Assembly (NCBI GenBank): GCA_034226945.1
Contig: CP120453.1
Coordinates: 930,001 to 994,000, forward strand
Length of the DNA: 64,000 nucleotides
Source: Picochlorum sp. SENEW3
Taxonomy: Eukaryota
Reading direction: 5' to 3'
The notes beneath the pieces are model-generated. The model was given only the letters and a program-made list of their open reading frames with translations, was not told where the DNA came from and made no database searches. Of the stretch, positions 10,690 through 22,097 are shown piece after piece (within the stretch, counting starts at the first letter, position 1; the number at the start of each line of letters is the position of its first letter). The position numbers were made by a program, and so were the translations under genes.

Positions 10690-11298
10690 ATGGATGAAGC
10701 TAGACTTGGCGTTGCAGAAGTTGGAGAGGGGAGGAAGGCAAACATTATTTTAGGAGTCTCAGGAAGCGTTGCGGCGATCAAGATAATCGAACTGCATCGA
10801 AGATTGTCAGATTTCGCCAATATTCGTGTCGTTGCCACAAACGCAGCAATGTATTTTATAGAAACAACTGCTTGGCAGGACGAGATTGATGAGATTTACA
10901 GAGATGAAGACGAGTGGAAATCTTGGCAAGCTAAAGGGGACACTGTTGTGCATATAGATCTCCGGAAATGGGCAGATGCTATGGTCATTGCTCCTTTATC
11001 TGCTAATACTCTAGCTAAAATAGCTCATGGTTTGTGCGATAATTTACTGACATGTATTGTGCGAGCTTGGGACTTCAACAAGCCAATGCTTCTGGCACCA
11101 GCAATGAATACCTTTATGTGGAGCAGCGTACTGACAAAGAGGCATTTGGGGGCATGTGAGGATCTGGGAGGGACTGTGATACCTCCTATTTCGAAAGAGC
11201 TCGCATGTGGAGATGTCGGACAGGGGGCCATGGCTGAGCCCCACACCATTGCTGCAGAATGTAAGCAAATCCTTGAAAAAGCAAATCGTGCTACATAA
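10690..11298 (+). CDS. PPCDC: Phosphopantothenoylcysteine decarboxylase (HAL3/CoaC flavoprotein)
   Basis: ILGVSGSVAAIK, HIDLRKWAD, APLSANTLAKIA, PAMNTFMW and LACGDVGQGAM. TGTAA at 11305-11309. Confidence 0.95.
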   Translation: MDEARLGVAEVGEGRKANIILGVSGSVAAIKIIELHRRLSDFANIRVVATNAAMYFIETTAWQDEIDEIYRDEDEWKSWQAKGDTVVHIDLRKWADAMVIAPLSANTLAKIAHGLCDNLLTCIVRAWDFNKPMLLAPAMNTFMWSSVLTKRHLGACEDLGGTVIPPISKELACGDVGQGAMAEPHTIAAECKQILEKANRAT

Positions 11299-11318
11299 TC
11301 ATCTTGTAATACAGTATT

Positions 11319-12356
11319 TTATATCGATCGATCAGCTCCAACATTCAACACTCGCCTCACCTCGTGAGGTTTGAGCTCTACAAATTTGCCAAATCCTAAA
11401 TCTCTTGGTATCCTATAACCACCCACTCGTATCCGCCGCAGGACTTTCACTTCCATCCCTGCTGCTTCCACAATATTTCTGACCTCTCGATTCCTTCCCT
11501 CTGAAACAATTATTCGGATTCTATTCCTTTTTGACAGATCGCTATCATCCAGCGCAACGGCTATAGGAACTACTTGGACTCCATTCTCTTTATCCATGTA
11601 CCCCTTGGACATTCTCTCCAAATCCAACTTCCCAGGCCTCCTATTCAATGTGACACTGTACTCTTTTGTCAGTCCTGAGGAAGGGTGCTGCACAGCATGG
11701 GCCCAATCTCCATCATTTGTTACAAAGATGAGCCCGACACTTTGAACATCAAGCCTGCCTACTGTGAAAAATCTGGGAGCTAGGGAAGAATTAGAATGTT
11801 TCCGTTTCCACTCAGCCACCCATCCGTCAAGTAAATCCACCACCAGCCTATCTCCGGAACCACCTTGTCCATCTTTTGCATTCGTACATATATATCCCTT
11901 TGGCTTGTTCATTGCGAAATAGTATTTGTTCGTCACAGCAGTCTTTGTCATAATTTTCCCGTCATATCGAATCTCATCCTTCAACACATTAACAGTCACT
12001 CCAGGCTCACTAACAATCTTGCCATTGATAGCAATTTTACCCTGTTCTATCAAAACATCGGCTCCTCTCCTTGACGCAAGTCCCATTGAAGCCAAAGCCT
12101 TGTTCAAACGCATTACATTTGGATCCGAGCCTTGCTCTGTCCTTTGGGTCTGTCCAGAGTGTCGAACCTTTCGCCCATGCTGTTGCCCCCGCCGCCTCGC
12201 TTGACCTGCCTCACAAACAACAGATCTATCTACCCGAAATGTCTCCCTTGCATGATGAAACGAATGTCCTCTCCCGGCTACTCGTGGACCCAAAGTCCTG
12301 CATGCCAAACCTCTGCTACTATTCGTCAGGCTGCATGATTTGCACCCAATCATCAT
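11319..12356 (-). CDS. Organellar rRNA pseudouridine synthase, S4 + RsuA/RluB family (SVR1-like)
   Basis: Transit-peptide-like N-terminus, S4 domain RLNKALASMGLASRRGAD, MNKPKGY, catalytic VGRLD and EGRNREVR. Confidence 0.92.
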   Translation of the reverse strand: MMIGCKSCSLTNSSRGLACRTLGPRVAGRGHSFHHARETFRVDRSVVCEAGQARRRGQQHGRKVRHSGQTQRTEQGSDPNVMRLNKALASMGLASRRGADVLIEQGKIAINGKIVSEPGVTVNVLKDEIRYDGKIMTKTAVTNKYYFAMNKPKGYICTNAKDGQGGSGDRLVVDLLDGWVAEWKRKHSNSSLAPRFFTVGRLDVQSVGLIFVTNDGDWAHAVQHPSSGLTKEYSVTLNRRPGKLDLERMSKGYMDKENGVQVVPIAVALDDSDLSKRNRIRIIVSEGRNREVRNIVEAAGMEVKVLRRIRVGGYRIPRDLGFGKFVELKPHEVRRVLNVGADRSI

Positions 12357-12628
12357 TAAATCAGTAATTTTAATCTCAAAAGTACACTTGATATGTATTC
12401 AGACCGATCCATAAGCTAGGTCTTCAATGCCGAATGTCCTTCCAAATAATACCCTAAATTAGGGTTTCGACTTTAAAAAAATCTGGCAGATTGGATGCCT
12501 GCATGGCAAAATTGCACTCAATGCTCAGATCATGCGAGCAAACCCTCCGTTTTATTTCCAAAATAATCAGTTTGATCTCGAAAGATCCGTGATACCGTCA
12601 GTTCATACGACGATCGTTTCTTGCCAGG

Positions 12629-13260
12629 ATGATTGCTTGCTCTGCTATTCGCGTCGCTAACGCTGTCCCAACTCGTGCGAGGTATGGAATCATGGATTGC
12701 AACAAAATATTCATCCTATAGCCTTGCGTCATATACTGTGTATGCCTGATTTTGGTGGAGTGCCAGTATCACCCAATCCGATCCAAGAGTCAGGCGGGTG
12801 GATGCTTCTCCACGTGGACATGCGTCTACCTCATACCATCATGCTTCAAAATTTCATTGATTGCAGAGTGGCTGGAGGACGTTCTGCTTTGATGGCAGGT
12901 ATGCCAGTGAGGAGAAGCGTGGTTGTCAAAGCTGACGCCAAAGAGACTACCGATGAGGTCATGGAGAACCTTAGCTCTGGAGCTGAGGACTTGGCTGACA
13001 AGATTCAAAAGTACTGGGAGGAATCTGAGGAGAAGCCAACCATTGTGGCCACTGGATTTGGTTTGTTGCTTGCCCTGTACTTTGTGAGCAACTTGGTGAA
13101 TGCTGTGGACAGACTCCCACTCGTTTCCAATGTATTCGAGTTGGTTGGAATTATCTTCTCTGGATGGACTGCCTACAGATACTTCTTGGTCGATGGAGAG
13201 AAGGAGAAGTTGACTGCTGATGTCAAGGGATTCCTCTCCAAGGTTGGAGTCAACTTGTAA
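12629..13260 (+). CDS. CURT1: CURVATURE THYLAKOID 1 / CAAD-domain protein (exons 12629-12681, 12867-13260)
   Basis: Transit peptide, then WEESEEKPT, two TM helices, AVDRLPLVSNVFELVGIIFSGWTAYRYFL. The phase-2 intron joins in frame. Confidence 0.9.
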
Positions 13261-13493
13261 CCAAACGAAGATTCCCTTTGAATGATTTTTATCAAATGAA
13301 CTTTTCAATGACGACATTCTTCTATATCGATTGAGGAAAGATGATCATATCAACTGGTTCTCAACGTGTTGAAGAATTTGGTGAGCCGATCTGTAACTAT
13401 ATGATGATTTCAGTATTACAACAAAAATCTGCTATGGAATCTACTGCATCATGATTTTTCTCTTTCCACAAGAAAAATCTATCAAATTACTGC

Positions 13494-14603
13494 TCATGCA
13501 GCCACAGCTTTCTGACCGACAACATTTTTGACAGCCTCAACAACTGCCTCTGGCTGGACAATGGTTGCAGACTCGAGTTCAAAAGCATATGATGTTGGCA
13601 CATCTTGGGATGAGAGTCGTACTACCTGGTGGTCCAAATCATCGAAAAGAGACTCATTGATGACAGCTGAGAGAGATGCTCCGATTCCTCCAGTTTTCAT
13701 GCATTCTTCTACAATAATTGCTTTTCTTGTCTTCTTCACACTCTTTGAGATTGTTTCCATGTCAAAAGGTTTCAAAGAGATGAGATCAACAATTTCTGGA
13801 TTGTATCCTTCTTTTTCAAGCTGAGCAACTGCCTGCATGGCGACATATCTCATACGAGAATAACAGAAGATACTTACATCTGTTCCTTCTCTGACAACCT
13901 CAGCCCGCTCGAGACACTGAACTTCGTCTTTATCGCCAACCTCTCCCTTCACATTGTACAACAACACATGCTCGAAGAAGATGATTGGATTATCTGATCT
14001 AATTGCGGCTTTCAGCAGTGCCTTGGCGTTTCTGGGTGTAGAGCAAGCCACAAGCTGGACTCCTGGGATGGACTGGAAATATGATTCAAGACGCTGAGAG
14101 TGCTCAGCTCCAAGCTGACGACCAACTCCTCCAGGTCCTCTGATCACCATAGGAACATTATATTGTCCTCCAGATGTATAGTGAAGCATCCCGCAGTTAT
14201 TGGAAATCTGGTTGAAAGCCAACAGCAAGAATCCCATATTCATTCCTTCAACAATTGGGCGCAAACCAGTCATGGCAGCCCCAATTCCCATTCCCATGAA
14301 ACCATTCTCGCAAATTGGGGTATCCAAAAGACGCATATCACCATACTTCTTGTACAAATCATATGACACCTTGTAACTCCCTCCATAGTGTCCAACATCC
14401 TCTCCCAACATCATCACCTTTGGGTCACGCTCCATCTCCTCGTCCAAACCCTGCCTCAGAGATTCCCACATCATCATCTCCTCCCCTGCACGGGTGACTA
14501 TGCTAGCACGGCGTGCTTGAGGAGCAACCCTTCCACGACTCCCTGTGCAAACAGGGACTCCCCGTCGCACTTGGACTGCGCTCTTCACTGCACTAGCTTT
14601 CAT
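13494..14603 (-). CDS. pdhB: Plastid pyruvate dehydrogenase E1 beta subunit
   Basis: [42 protein letters not shown] and a transit peptide. Confidence 0.96.
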   Translation of the reverse strand: MKASAVKSAVQVRRGVPVCTGSRGRVAPQARRASIVTRAGEEMMMWESLRQGLDEEMERDPKVMMLGEDVGHYGGSYKVSYDLYKKYGDMRLLDTPICENGFMGMGIGAAMTGLRPIVEGMNMGFLLLAFNQISNNCGMLHYTSGGQYNVPMVIRGPGGVGRQLGAEHSQRLESYFQSIPGVQLVACSTPRNAKALLKAAIRSDNPIIFFEHVLLYNVKGEVGDKDEVQCLERAEVVREGTDVSIFCYSRMRYVAMQAVAQLEKEGYNPEIVDLISLKPFDMETISKSVKKTRKAIIVEECMKTGGIGASLSAVINESLFDDLDHQVVRLSSQDVPTSYAFELESATIVQPEAVVEAVKNVVGQKAVAA

Positions 14604-15187
14604 CCCTGAAATAATATAAGATAATATCGATACTTAAAATGGTGACTCAATCATACGGGTATTGAACCAGGTGGCGCCGATGCAGTGTCATACGTTCTCC
14701 CTTGACGAAAAGATCGCTTGATCCCACCTGTCAATGACAACTTGATCCACAACTGACGAAAATTGAGCAAAAAACAGAGATCTAATATAAATAGAACACC
14801 GTAGAATGCATCATTCATTCGATCAGCCTAGGTTGTGTTGCCTCGGCAGCTCGGCGTCAACTCCATCGACACAGTTGGCATAATGAGGGTCAATAACGTA
14901 CCAATCATGGTGCCTCTGTGAATATATATATCTATTGGTAGAAATGTAGACTGATACTGGGTCCGAACACTGTTTAAAACTCATGCATTCCATGCAATGG
15001 ATAATTCACGCCATCGCTTCAGACCACCTGTCCAAGGCCTTCCGCAGAGGGCAAGAAGTATCAATGTTGCGAGAGGAGGAGGTGCCCATACCCCTCTCAC
15101 ACATCCACATGATTTGGTCAATGTGGTAGCTGATATGTATCAGAGAAAAAAAAATAGAATTGTGTTATTCGGATTAGGATATCAATA

Positions 15188-16345
15188 ATGGTGGCACATT
15201 TTGCTCAGTGCGGCAGCATGTCCTTACAGCAGGTTCAACTGCGAACCACGTCAATGCACGTGAATGGTAGAAATCAGCACATCTCTTTGCCAAATAATGT
15301 AAATTGTGAAGGGGTTTTCAGCAACACGTATCTTCATGGATGCCGGGTTGGAGGCATAAAGAATTCGTGTGGTCTGTTTTGCCGTAATGTCCTTGTTAGA
15401 GCAGAAGGGTCTTCGCCAGGGGTGAAGATTGATGCTGAGGAAGAAAGCAAAGATGTCGAGACGACTATTCCCGCAGCTTGGGAGAAGGCGATTGAGTTGT
15501 TGCAGGAGGGAGAGAGTTTTACAACAAAGATTCAAAGTGTGAACAAGAGTGGTGTGTTGATTCCAGTGGGGAAGCTGAGTGGCTTTATTCCATACAAGTT
15601 GATGAATAGATACACGTTGTCGAGCATTGATAAATCTACATGGACGGAGCAGTTAGTGGGGAGGGACATAACTGTGAAAGTGACCCAAGTTGTTGTTCCT
15701 GAGAGGAGGCTGATATGTAGTGAGAAGGCAGTGATGTTGGAGAAGGCTGCGTCTATGTTGAAGAAAGGGGACGTTATAGAAGGTGTGATATCGAGCTTGC
15801 ACAACTTTGGAGCATTTGTTGAAATATCATCTCCGAAGGAGCATGCTGGGACAGAAGTCATCTTGCCATTGAGAGAGCTGTCTTGGGATTGGGTCTCCAA
15901 TGTGAGTACAGTGGTAACAAAAGGGCAACAAGTGAGGGTGAAAGTAGTAGATGTCAGTGCGGGCCCCCAGTGTAAAGTGGTTGTTTCTCTGAAGAGAATG
16001 GAGGGTGATCCGTTGCAGGAAACATTGGACAATGTGATGCCTCTTGATGAAGACTTTGACCCTGAGGTTATTGTTCCGGTTGCGATGCCTCAGGGAGTGG
16101 AAGATATTCTGAACGAGTTGTCGAATGAGAATGGAATAGATGAAGTAACACTTGGAAGGCGAGTGGAGGAGCGTAGAACGGTGAGCCAGGACCTTGAGTT
16201 GTGGATGAGTAAGGAGTCTGTTACGGATGGCTTCAATCTTGTAGCTAGAGCAGGTCGTGTTGTTCAAGAGATTCATGTGTGCACCTCAATGGATGCAGAA
16301 TCCATGAGAGGTACAGTGCAGCGTGTCCTCAAACGTGTCAACTGA
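15188..16345 (+). CDS. Plastid S1-domain RNA-binding protein (two S1 domains, SRRP1-like C-terminus)
   Basis: S1 repeats (KIQSVNKSGVLI..LSGFIP; GVISSLHNFGAFVEI..ELSWD) and C-terminal VSQDLELW...LVARAGRVVQEIHV. Confidence 0.82.
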   Translation: MVAHFAQCGSMSLQQVQLRTTSMHVNGRNQHISLPNNVNCEGVFSNTYLHGCRVGGIKNSCGLFCRNVLVRAEGSSPGVKIDAEEESKDVETTIPAAWEKAIELLQEGESFTTKIQSVNKSGVLIPVGKLSGFIPYKLMNRYTLSSIDKSTWTEQLVGRDITVKVTQVVVPERRLICSEKAVMLEKAASMLKKGDVIEGVISSLHNFGAFVEISSPKEHAGTEVILPLRELSWDWVSNVSTVVTKGQQVRVKVVDVSAGPQCKVVVSLKRMEGDPLQETLDNVMPLDEDFDPEVIVPVAMPQGVEDILNELSNENGIDEVTLGRRVEERRTVSQDLELWMSKESVTDGFNLVARAGRVVQEIHVCTSMDAESMRGTVQRVLKRVN

Positions 16346-16391
16346 TTGATTTATTTGCTCTACTGTAAAGAATTCTCAAAAAATTAGAGTA

Positions 16392-18290
16392 TTATTCATA
16401 ATTTTGGTTCATTCGCCTGACATGCTGTGCTATGACCATTTCAGATGCAGCAAGCTCAGCCATTGATACTGAACGGCGGAATCCTCCATCTCTTCCTGGG
16501 AATGAGGATGGTAATCCAGCATTAGACTTTTCTGGACAATCCTCCGCATAGATTTCAGAGTCACTTTGAGGATCACAAGTTCCCTTGTCTTTCTTGAGCG
16601 ATGAGTCCATCCAATCCATTTCTTGCAAAGCTTTGTCGACATCTACGTGGAATCGAGTTTCTGCCATGGTTCCATCGGCTTTTGGAGTCAACTCCAGCAA
16701 TGTATGGAGAGGTATATCTATCACAGGGACCTTCTCCAAACTTTGATTCATGAAATATCCATACAGTGCTCTCAAAACAGCCTGATGGGCGACGATACAA
16801 ATGCAAGAACGGTCTCTTTCAGCCTCAATGACAACTGGCTCCAGCCTCTGTATCACATCCATGTAGCTCTCTCCAGAGGGGTATCTATACCTTAATTTGT
16901 CTTTCGTTCGCATTTCATGCTCCTCAGGCATTTTTTCTTGTATTTCAGCATACGTCATTCCATCACAGATTCCTGATTGGATTTCATCCAGCGTCTTCCA
17001 TCGCACTTTTGGATATGGTAGGTTTGCTGCTGTTGCAATTGTTCGATCGAGGGTGGATGTCCAAACAGCAACAGGTATCGGCTTTCCACCAAATGTTGGA
17101 ACTCGACTCGCTAACACTGCAGGTAATAGCTGAGTGTATGCAGCGCCTCGGGTGGAAAGGCCACTGTTGCCCCCAATCTTGCCTTGGACATTGAACATTG
17201 ACTCCCCATGCCTGGTAAGCCAGATACGCCTAGGTCGACCGAGCGCTTTGCATATCTGCATCAAATAGAAGACCATCTTCCCAGGAATGTATCCTGAAAT
17301 TCGATTGACGTCCATGTGTCCACGACCTGTCACCATGTCTATCAATTTCACGTAATGAAGAGACCTGTCAGTGATTGTTTCATACACGGCCTCATACTTG
17401 GCGATGCGGTCTTTGAAATCAGCAAGCGCCTCTTCCATTTTAACTCCACTATAATCAGGGCTATACTTCATCTTCAGCCTGTAATTTTGTTCCAACACTT
17501 TCTGATCCTCACAAACTGACTCAAGAAACATGTATTCAAACCTGCCGTGAAGTCTATCCCTCAGAAAAACTCTGCGACCACTAGTCGAGTTTGTCGCATC
17601 AAAAATTGCCACTTGGGCGTGCTCACCAGCAAGCCAGGACTCCATATCATCCAATGCCGCACACAGTGCTCTGTGCCTGGCTGCATTACCCTTTGGGTTG
17701 CTTGGATCAAAAAACGCAGAGTCTTGTACTTCGCCATTCGTGGCCTGAGACCTCCTATACTGTCCAACGTTGAAATGTTTGGTTGGATGACCAAGCCAAT
17801 TAAAGTAGCACATCAATTTGTTGCATAAAAACGTCTTGCCACGTGCAGGGAGCCCCACCAGAATGATGACCAATTTCTGCCTATCAGCCTTCTTCACTTT
17901 CACTTTATTTCCCGACAGTGCTTGCTGCATAAATAATATATACACATAACGTCATCCAAATGCTTTTCAACATAAAAAACTAGTCACAAAATTGCGCACA
18001 TTCTTGTTGCTTTCAGAAGGACTTGATATGGAACTTCCAAGATCAGAAACGCTGTATCCAAAGTCATCCTCGCTCTCCTCATCATCTGCAAGAAGTTTTA
18101 GATCCTTAAAATACACATGGGCCCGGGATTGTTCAGCCTCAAGGCCATGATGGCCTTCTTGCTGCACGTCACTTGTGTTCAAGTTGGGAACCACAGTCAC
18201 TGCGTCCACAGCCGCAAGCCCTTGCTCGGGAGCAAGCCTCTGCAGATTCTGTGGAACACTTTTAGAGTTCTTCTTACTTCCCCTATGCAT
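16392..18290 (-). CDS. F2KP: 6-phosphofructo-2-kinase/fructose-2,6-bisphosphatase (exons 18290-18000, 17924-16392)
   Basis: Kinase P-loop VGLPARGKT, FDATNST, histidine phosphatase motif LTRHGES and RYPSGESY. Phase-0 intron. Confidence 0.94.
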
Positions 18291-18605
18291 ATAATAAACA
18301 TGAAATGTCAGATCGAGCGTGGACACAAGATCAAATGCAATGCCGTAAACCTACGACAAGGTATATCCCTTGAGACACACCCATTGAATGAAACAACCTA
18401 CCAATATTCCCACATTGTATATAAATGCCACATGTTTGCCTTGGCTTGAGCATACAGACCCTGGGCATAATCATCATTCCAGGCCCTGAATAATTCAGCA
18501 CTCGAGAGATTTCCGAGATGATGTGCCAGATTTTCATTGGGATATCATTTGCATTGCAAATGGGGGATTTTAATATCTTATTAAAGATCTATGTAGCATC
18601 GATGA

Positions 18606-19164
18606 ATGATGTGGGCCAATGGTAAACAACTAGTACCTGTCTCCTCTCCTCAAGTGCTTTTGAACAAAGTAATTTCTTTCAGAGCCCAGCGAATAGAGCA
18701 GAATAGATGTTTTCATTCAAAATTTTCAAATAGAAGAACGGAGAGAATACACGAATGTCGTGCTCTCTCCTGTAGGTCTGCTGCCAGAGAAGAAGCTGCC
18801 AGCGTAGACACTCTCGATATACCCGAGGACGAGCTGAGAGATTTGATTCGGCAGGGCCACGCTATGAAAGATACTATCAAAGTTGGGCGACGGGGTGCTT
18901 GCCAATACGTAGTCGATCATATAAAGAAACGTTGGAATACAAGCAAGGTGAGGTGATTCCTGAGCATTTGTTCTTGCTCCTTGTTGGTTGCCATCATCTG
19001 ACGAACTTTATTTGTGGTCTTCTGTTCAGATAGCAAAGCTGCACTGTTCGGGAAAACCAGCGAATAACATGAAGCAGCTTGCACAAGAATTAGAAGTTGC
19101 GACAGGTGGTAGAGTCATCTTTAGGTCTGGAGGCAGCATATTACTTTTAAAGCATCAAGCTTAA
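18606..19164 (+). CDS. Single CRM (YhbY/CRS1) domain organellar RNA-binding protein (exons 18606-18947, 19030-19164)
   Basis: After splicing: ELRDLIRQGHAMKDTIKVGRRG...IKKRWNTSK-IAKLHC...LAQELEVATGGRVIFRSGGSILL, preceded by a transit-like N-terminus. Confidence 0.85.
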
Positions 19165-19282
19165 TATAATATCAAACACACATATGTCACAAAATCATAA
19201 TTACTGTCTTTTGTGGATCATTGTCAAAATCATGTTTGTACCAAACGAATGATGTCGTGTTTTTTTGGTCTGATGATTCTTT

Positions 19283-19889
19283 TCAGCAAGCTTTGTAAAA
19301 AGCATACAAATCCCAATCAAGCTTTGCAAGAATGCGTGGTTCACTTTCAATCAAAGTCTGTTTATCTATTCCTGTAACAGTAACCATGAACGAAGCGTTT
19401 GGTATCGTATCCCTCGAGGAATAGAATTTGAGTGCCACCCAAAATGTTGTGGCCAGCGTCACTGTCTCAATACTGGTGTTTACTCTTTTCAGAAACCTAC
19501 GAATACAGCAATATGTTTCATTTACTCATGCTATATGATACGATTCAGTTGTTAGAAGGTGATACGTACCTCAACATCCGTATGCACATTCTCAAGACCA
19601 GATCAACTGGGATTCTACGGCAGTTCACATGCCTTTCTGCAAGACTGTGTGCCCATCCAGTCAAAATAGAGATATGCTTGAATATCATAGGATAAGATCC
19701 TGATTTGGACGGTTGACTCTGAATCCAAAGCGGCTTGCTGCTGTGAAGGTCGGCCTCCTCTGTTGTTGGGTACCCTGATTTTGGGCGCTTCATCGCGTTG
19801 GCGGGAACCTGTGCTGTTGTATCAGAGTAAGCACCCAACGGCACAAACAGATGCGCAAAGCCCATTCCATCAAGGTTATTACAAATCAT
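19283..19889 (-). CDS. Divergent cyclin-box protein (exons 19889-19570, 19496-19283; about 177 aa; start uncertain)
   Basis: Intron 19497-19569 (GTACGT...GTAG) joins ILTGWAHSLAERH...MLR to FLKR...LATTFWVALKFY...LIESEPRILAKLDWDL, matching the cyclin N-terminal fold pattern. Confidence 0.65.
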
Positions 19890-20281
19890 TTTCGAACGGT
19901 TTTCAAGAATGAAGCGAAAATAAATGAAAACAACGGAGACTCTCCTACAGTGGGCGAACCGTACGTTGACTCTAGACTCTGCGAGAAAGATTGCCAAGAT
20001 AATGTCTTTCCTTCCGAATAAATAACGACAATATGAAATAGATTAAATAACTTAGAATAAGAATACAGAGGATCTGGGAATGGAATGTTACTCATGCTGA
20101 ACAAGAGAATGTTGGAATCACATGTTTCGAGCTCCGAATAACCGGTCAAATCTATCGTTCCACCGTGATGCTTCATGAATCTCGCTGCATCTCGCAGGTA
20201 GCTTCCCGTACAGCCAACCCATGTTTCCTCGGCATATTTCACATCTTCGCGAGCAGAAGTGAAAACCGCAATACTCTTATT

Positions 20282-22097
20282 CTATGTAGTCTGGTTTCCT
20301 GTTTGTTTTTTCTTTGCTCGACGTTTCGCATTCTTCAAGGCTGCTTTGCTGCTAGCGCCTGCGGGTTCGGCGCCTGGAGGCAGATTTCCTCCTGCTGGTT
20401 GAGATCTGGATGTCATCGACCCGGGCCTAATTTTCCCGCCAGAATCAGACTGATCACGTGCTAGACTAAATGACGCTTTTGGTGCACTTGTGACACCTTT
20501 ATTTCGCAAATGAGGTGGAATATATCCTTTAGACTTCACAGGCTGCTGAACTGCAGCCTGAATGGATGCAGGCTCAGCATCTCCTTGTCCTCGTGGTGAC
20601 TGAGGGCGGTCCTCAAACGTGCCCTCTTTCGCAGGCTTCCACAAGGCCTCATACAGAGTTGGATAATGTTTCTGATTTATGAGAGTTCCATTATACTTGA
20701 ATATTTGGAAGCCATTGTCGACTCGCAACCTAGGGGCAGTTGTTGCTGTCAAAACATACCGACCACATGGAGACCACTGCAATGACACACCATTGCTGGC
20801 CCTCGTCGATCCCATCAGTTTACACTTGGCATCAGCCTTCTTATCATAAAAGACCAAGTCTCCTGGAAGGTTACCGAATCCAGCGAGAGCGAAAAAGCGC
20901 CCGAAAGGATTCCATCGGACGAGACTGTAAGGCCCAGAGCCAAGATCAAACTTTGGAACACAGGAATCTGTGAACAGCGTTGACTTCGCTGGCATGAATC
21001 CTGCTACAGTGACAAAATAATCCCCTCTTGGTGACCATTGCACATCATGTATTGGGCCATGTTTTGGCATCTGGACAGCCATGTCTTTGGATCCATCTGA
21101 GGAGAAATAAAATAGTTTCTGTTCCCCATAATAACTTTGGTTCGTAGCATCGACGTCCGCTGCAGCAATGATCAGAACCGCTGTTCCATGACAATTCCAT
21201 AAAAATCGTACCGAGTTGGCTCTGAAAAAAGATTTCCTAGCCATTGGTGCCGGTATAGTTCCTTGAGAACAGTCTTGTATCCTGTGCAATGCTAAATACC
21301 CAGGGGTCCCCTTGATTTCAGGTACATACGTCATGACAAGCATTGAATCCACATCACTCATCACAGCTTTTGGGCTAAGAGCAAATTTAGAAATGCCCTT
21401 GACAGGAAACTTGAGGCATGGTCCTGAAGAACAGTCTTGCTTCAGATTATACACATGGAGCGTGTTTGTCACCTGATGCACGCAGTGCCCATCATCGGCA
21501 GTAAACTGAATACTTGGCCAGTGGTCTCTATCCAACTCTTTCTGTCGCAATTGTATCAAGCATGAACCGTCACTCACTCTCCACACTTTGAGATTCGGCT
21601 CAAAATGTCCTTGCTCATTCTTGACTGGCCGCTCAAAAGTCAACACGTATTGCCCATGGCTTGAAAACGCCGCCGCTCGAACCCCTCTACACTCAATCTT
21701 ACGAATTAGGGCATTATTTTCTGCATTCAAAATCTCTACGCCCTCATCATCGCCAATCAGGCACGTTGCCGCATCTTTCGAATACTCCAAAACCAAGGCT
21801 TGTCTTCTACAGCAGCAATCATACCATCAGATCACTCAAAAGAGTTAATTGTACTATACATATCATCGATACGCACTTGATAGTGGAGCTGCACCCCAAT
21901 TCTTGAAGCCCTGTCACAACTTCCACCGCCTCAGGCGTTCTTGCTGCAATCAGAATCCTCACATTTATTTACTATTACATATGAATATGAAATTATTGTC
22001 TTGATGGATGATCCTCTCTGTCCATCGGCACATTCCATCACGATCGCATGTGTTTTGTTCTCCACCAAAACGTACCCACAATCTTCAACGCTGCCAT
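20282..22097 (-). CDS. EIF2A: Translation initiation factor eIF2A (exons 22097-22076, 21943-21877, 21806-20282)
   Basis: DVDATNQSYYGE, GPIHDVQWSP, AGFGNLPG, TATTAPRLRVDNG and YIPPHLR. Inferred N-terminus MAALKIVARTPEAV. Confidence 0.93.

Noticed and set aside
21944..22075. GTGATGG...CTGA in eIF2A intron 1 as a possible C/D snoRNA
   Set aside because: The C box is imperfect, the D box sits 6 nt from the 3' splice site, and no rRNA guide was identified.
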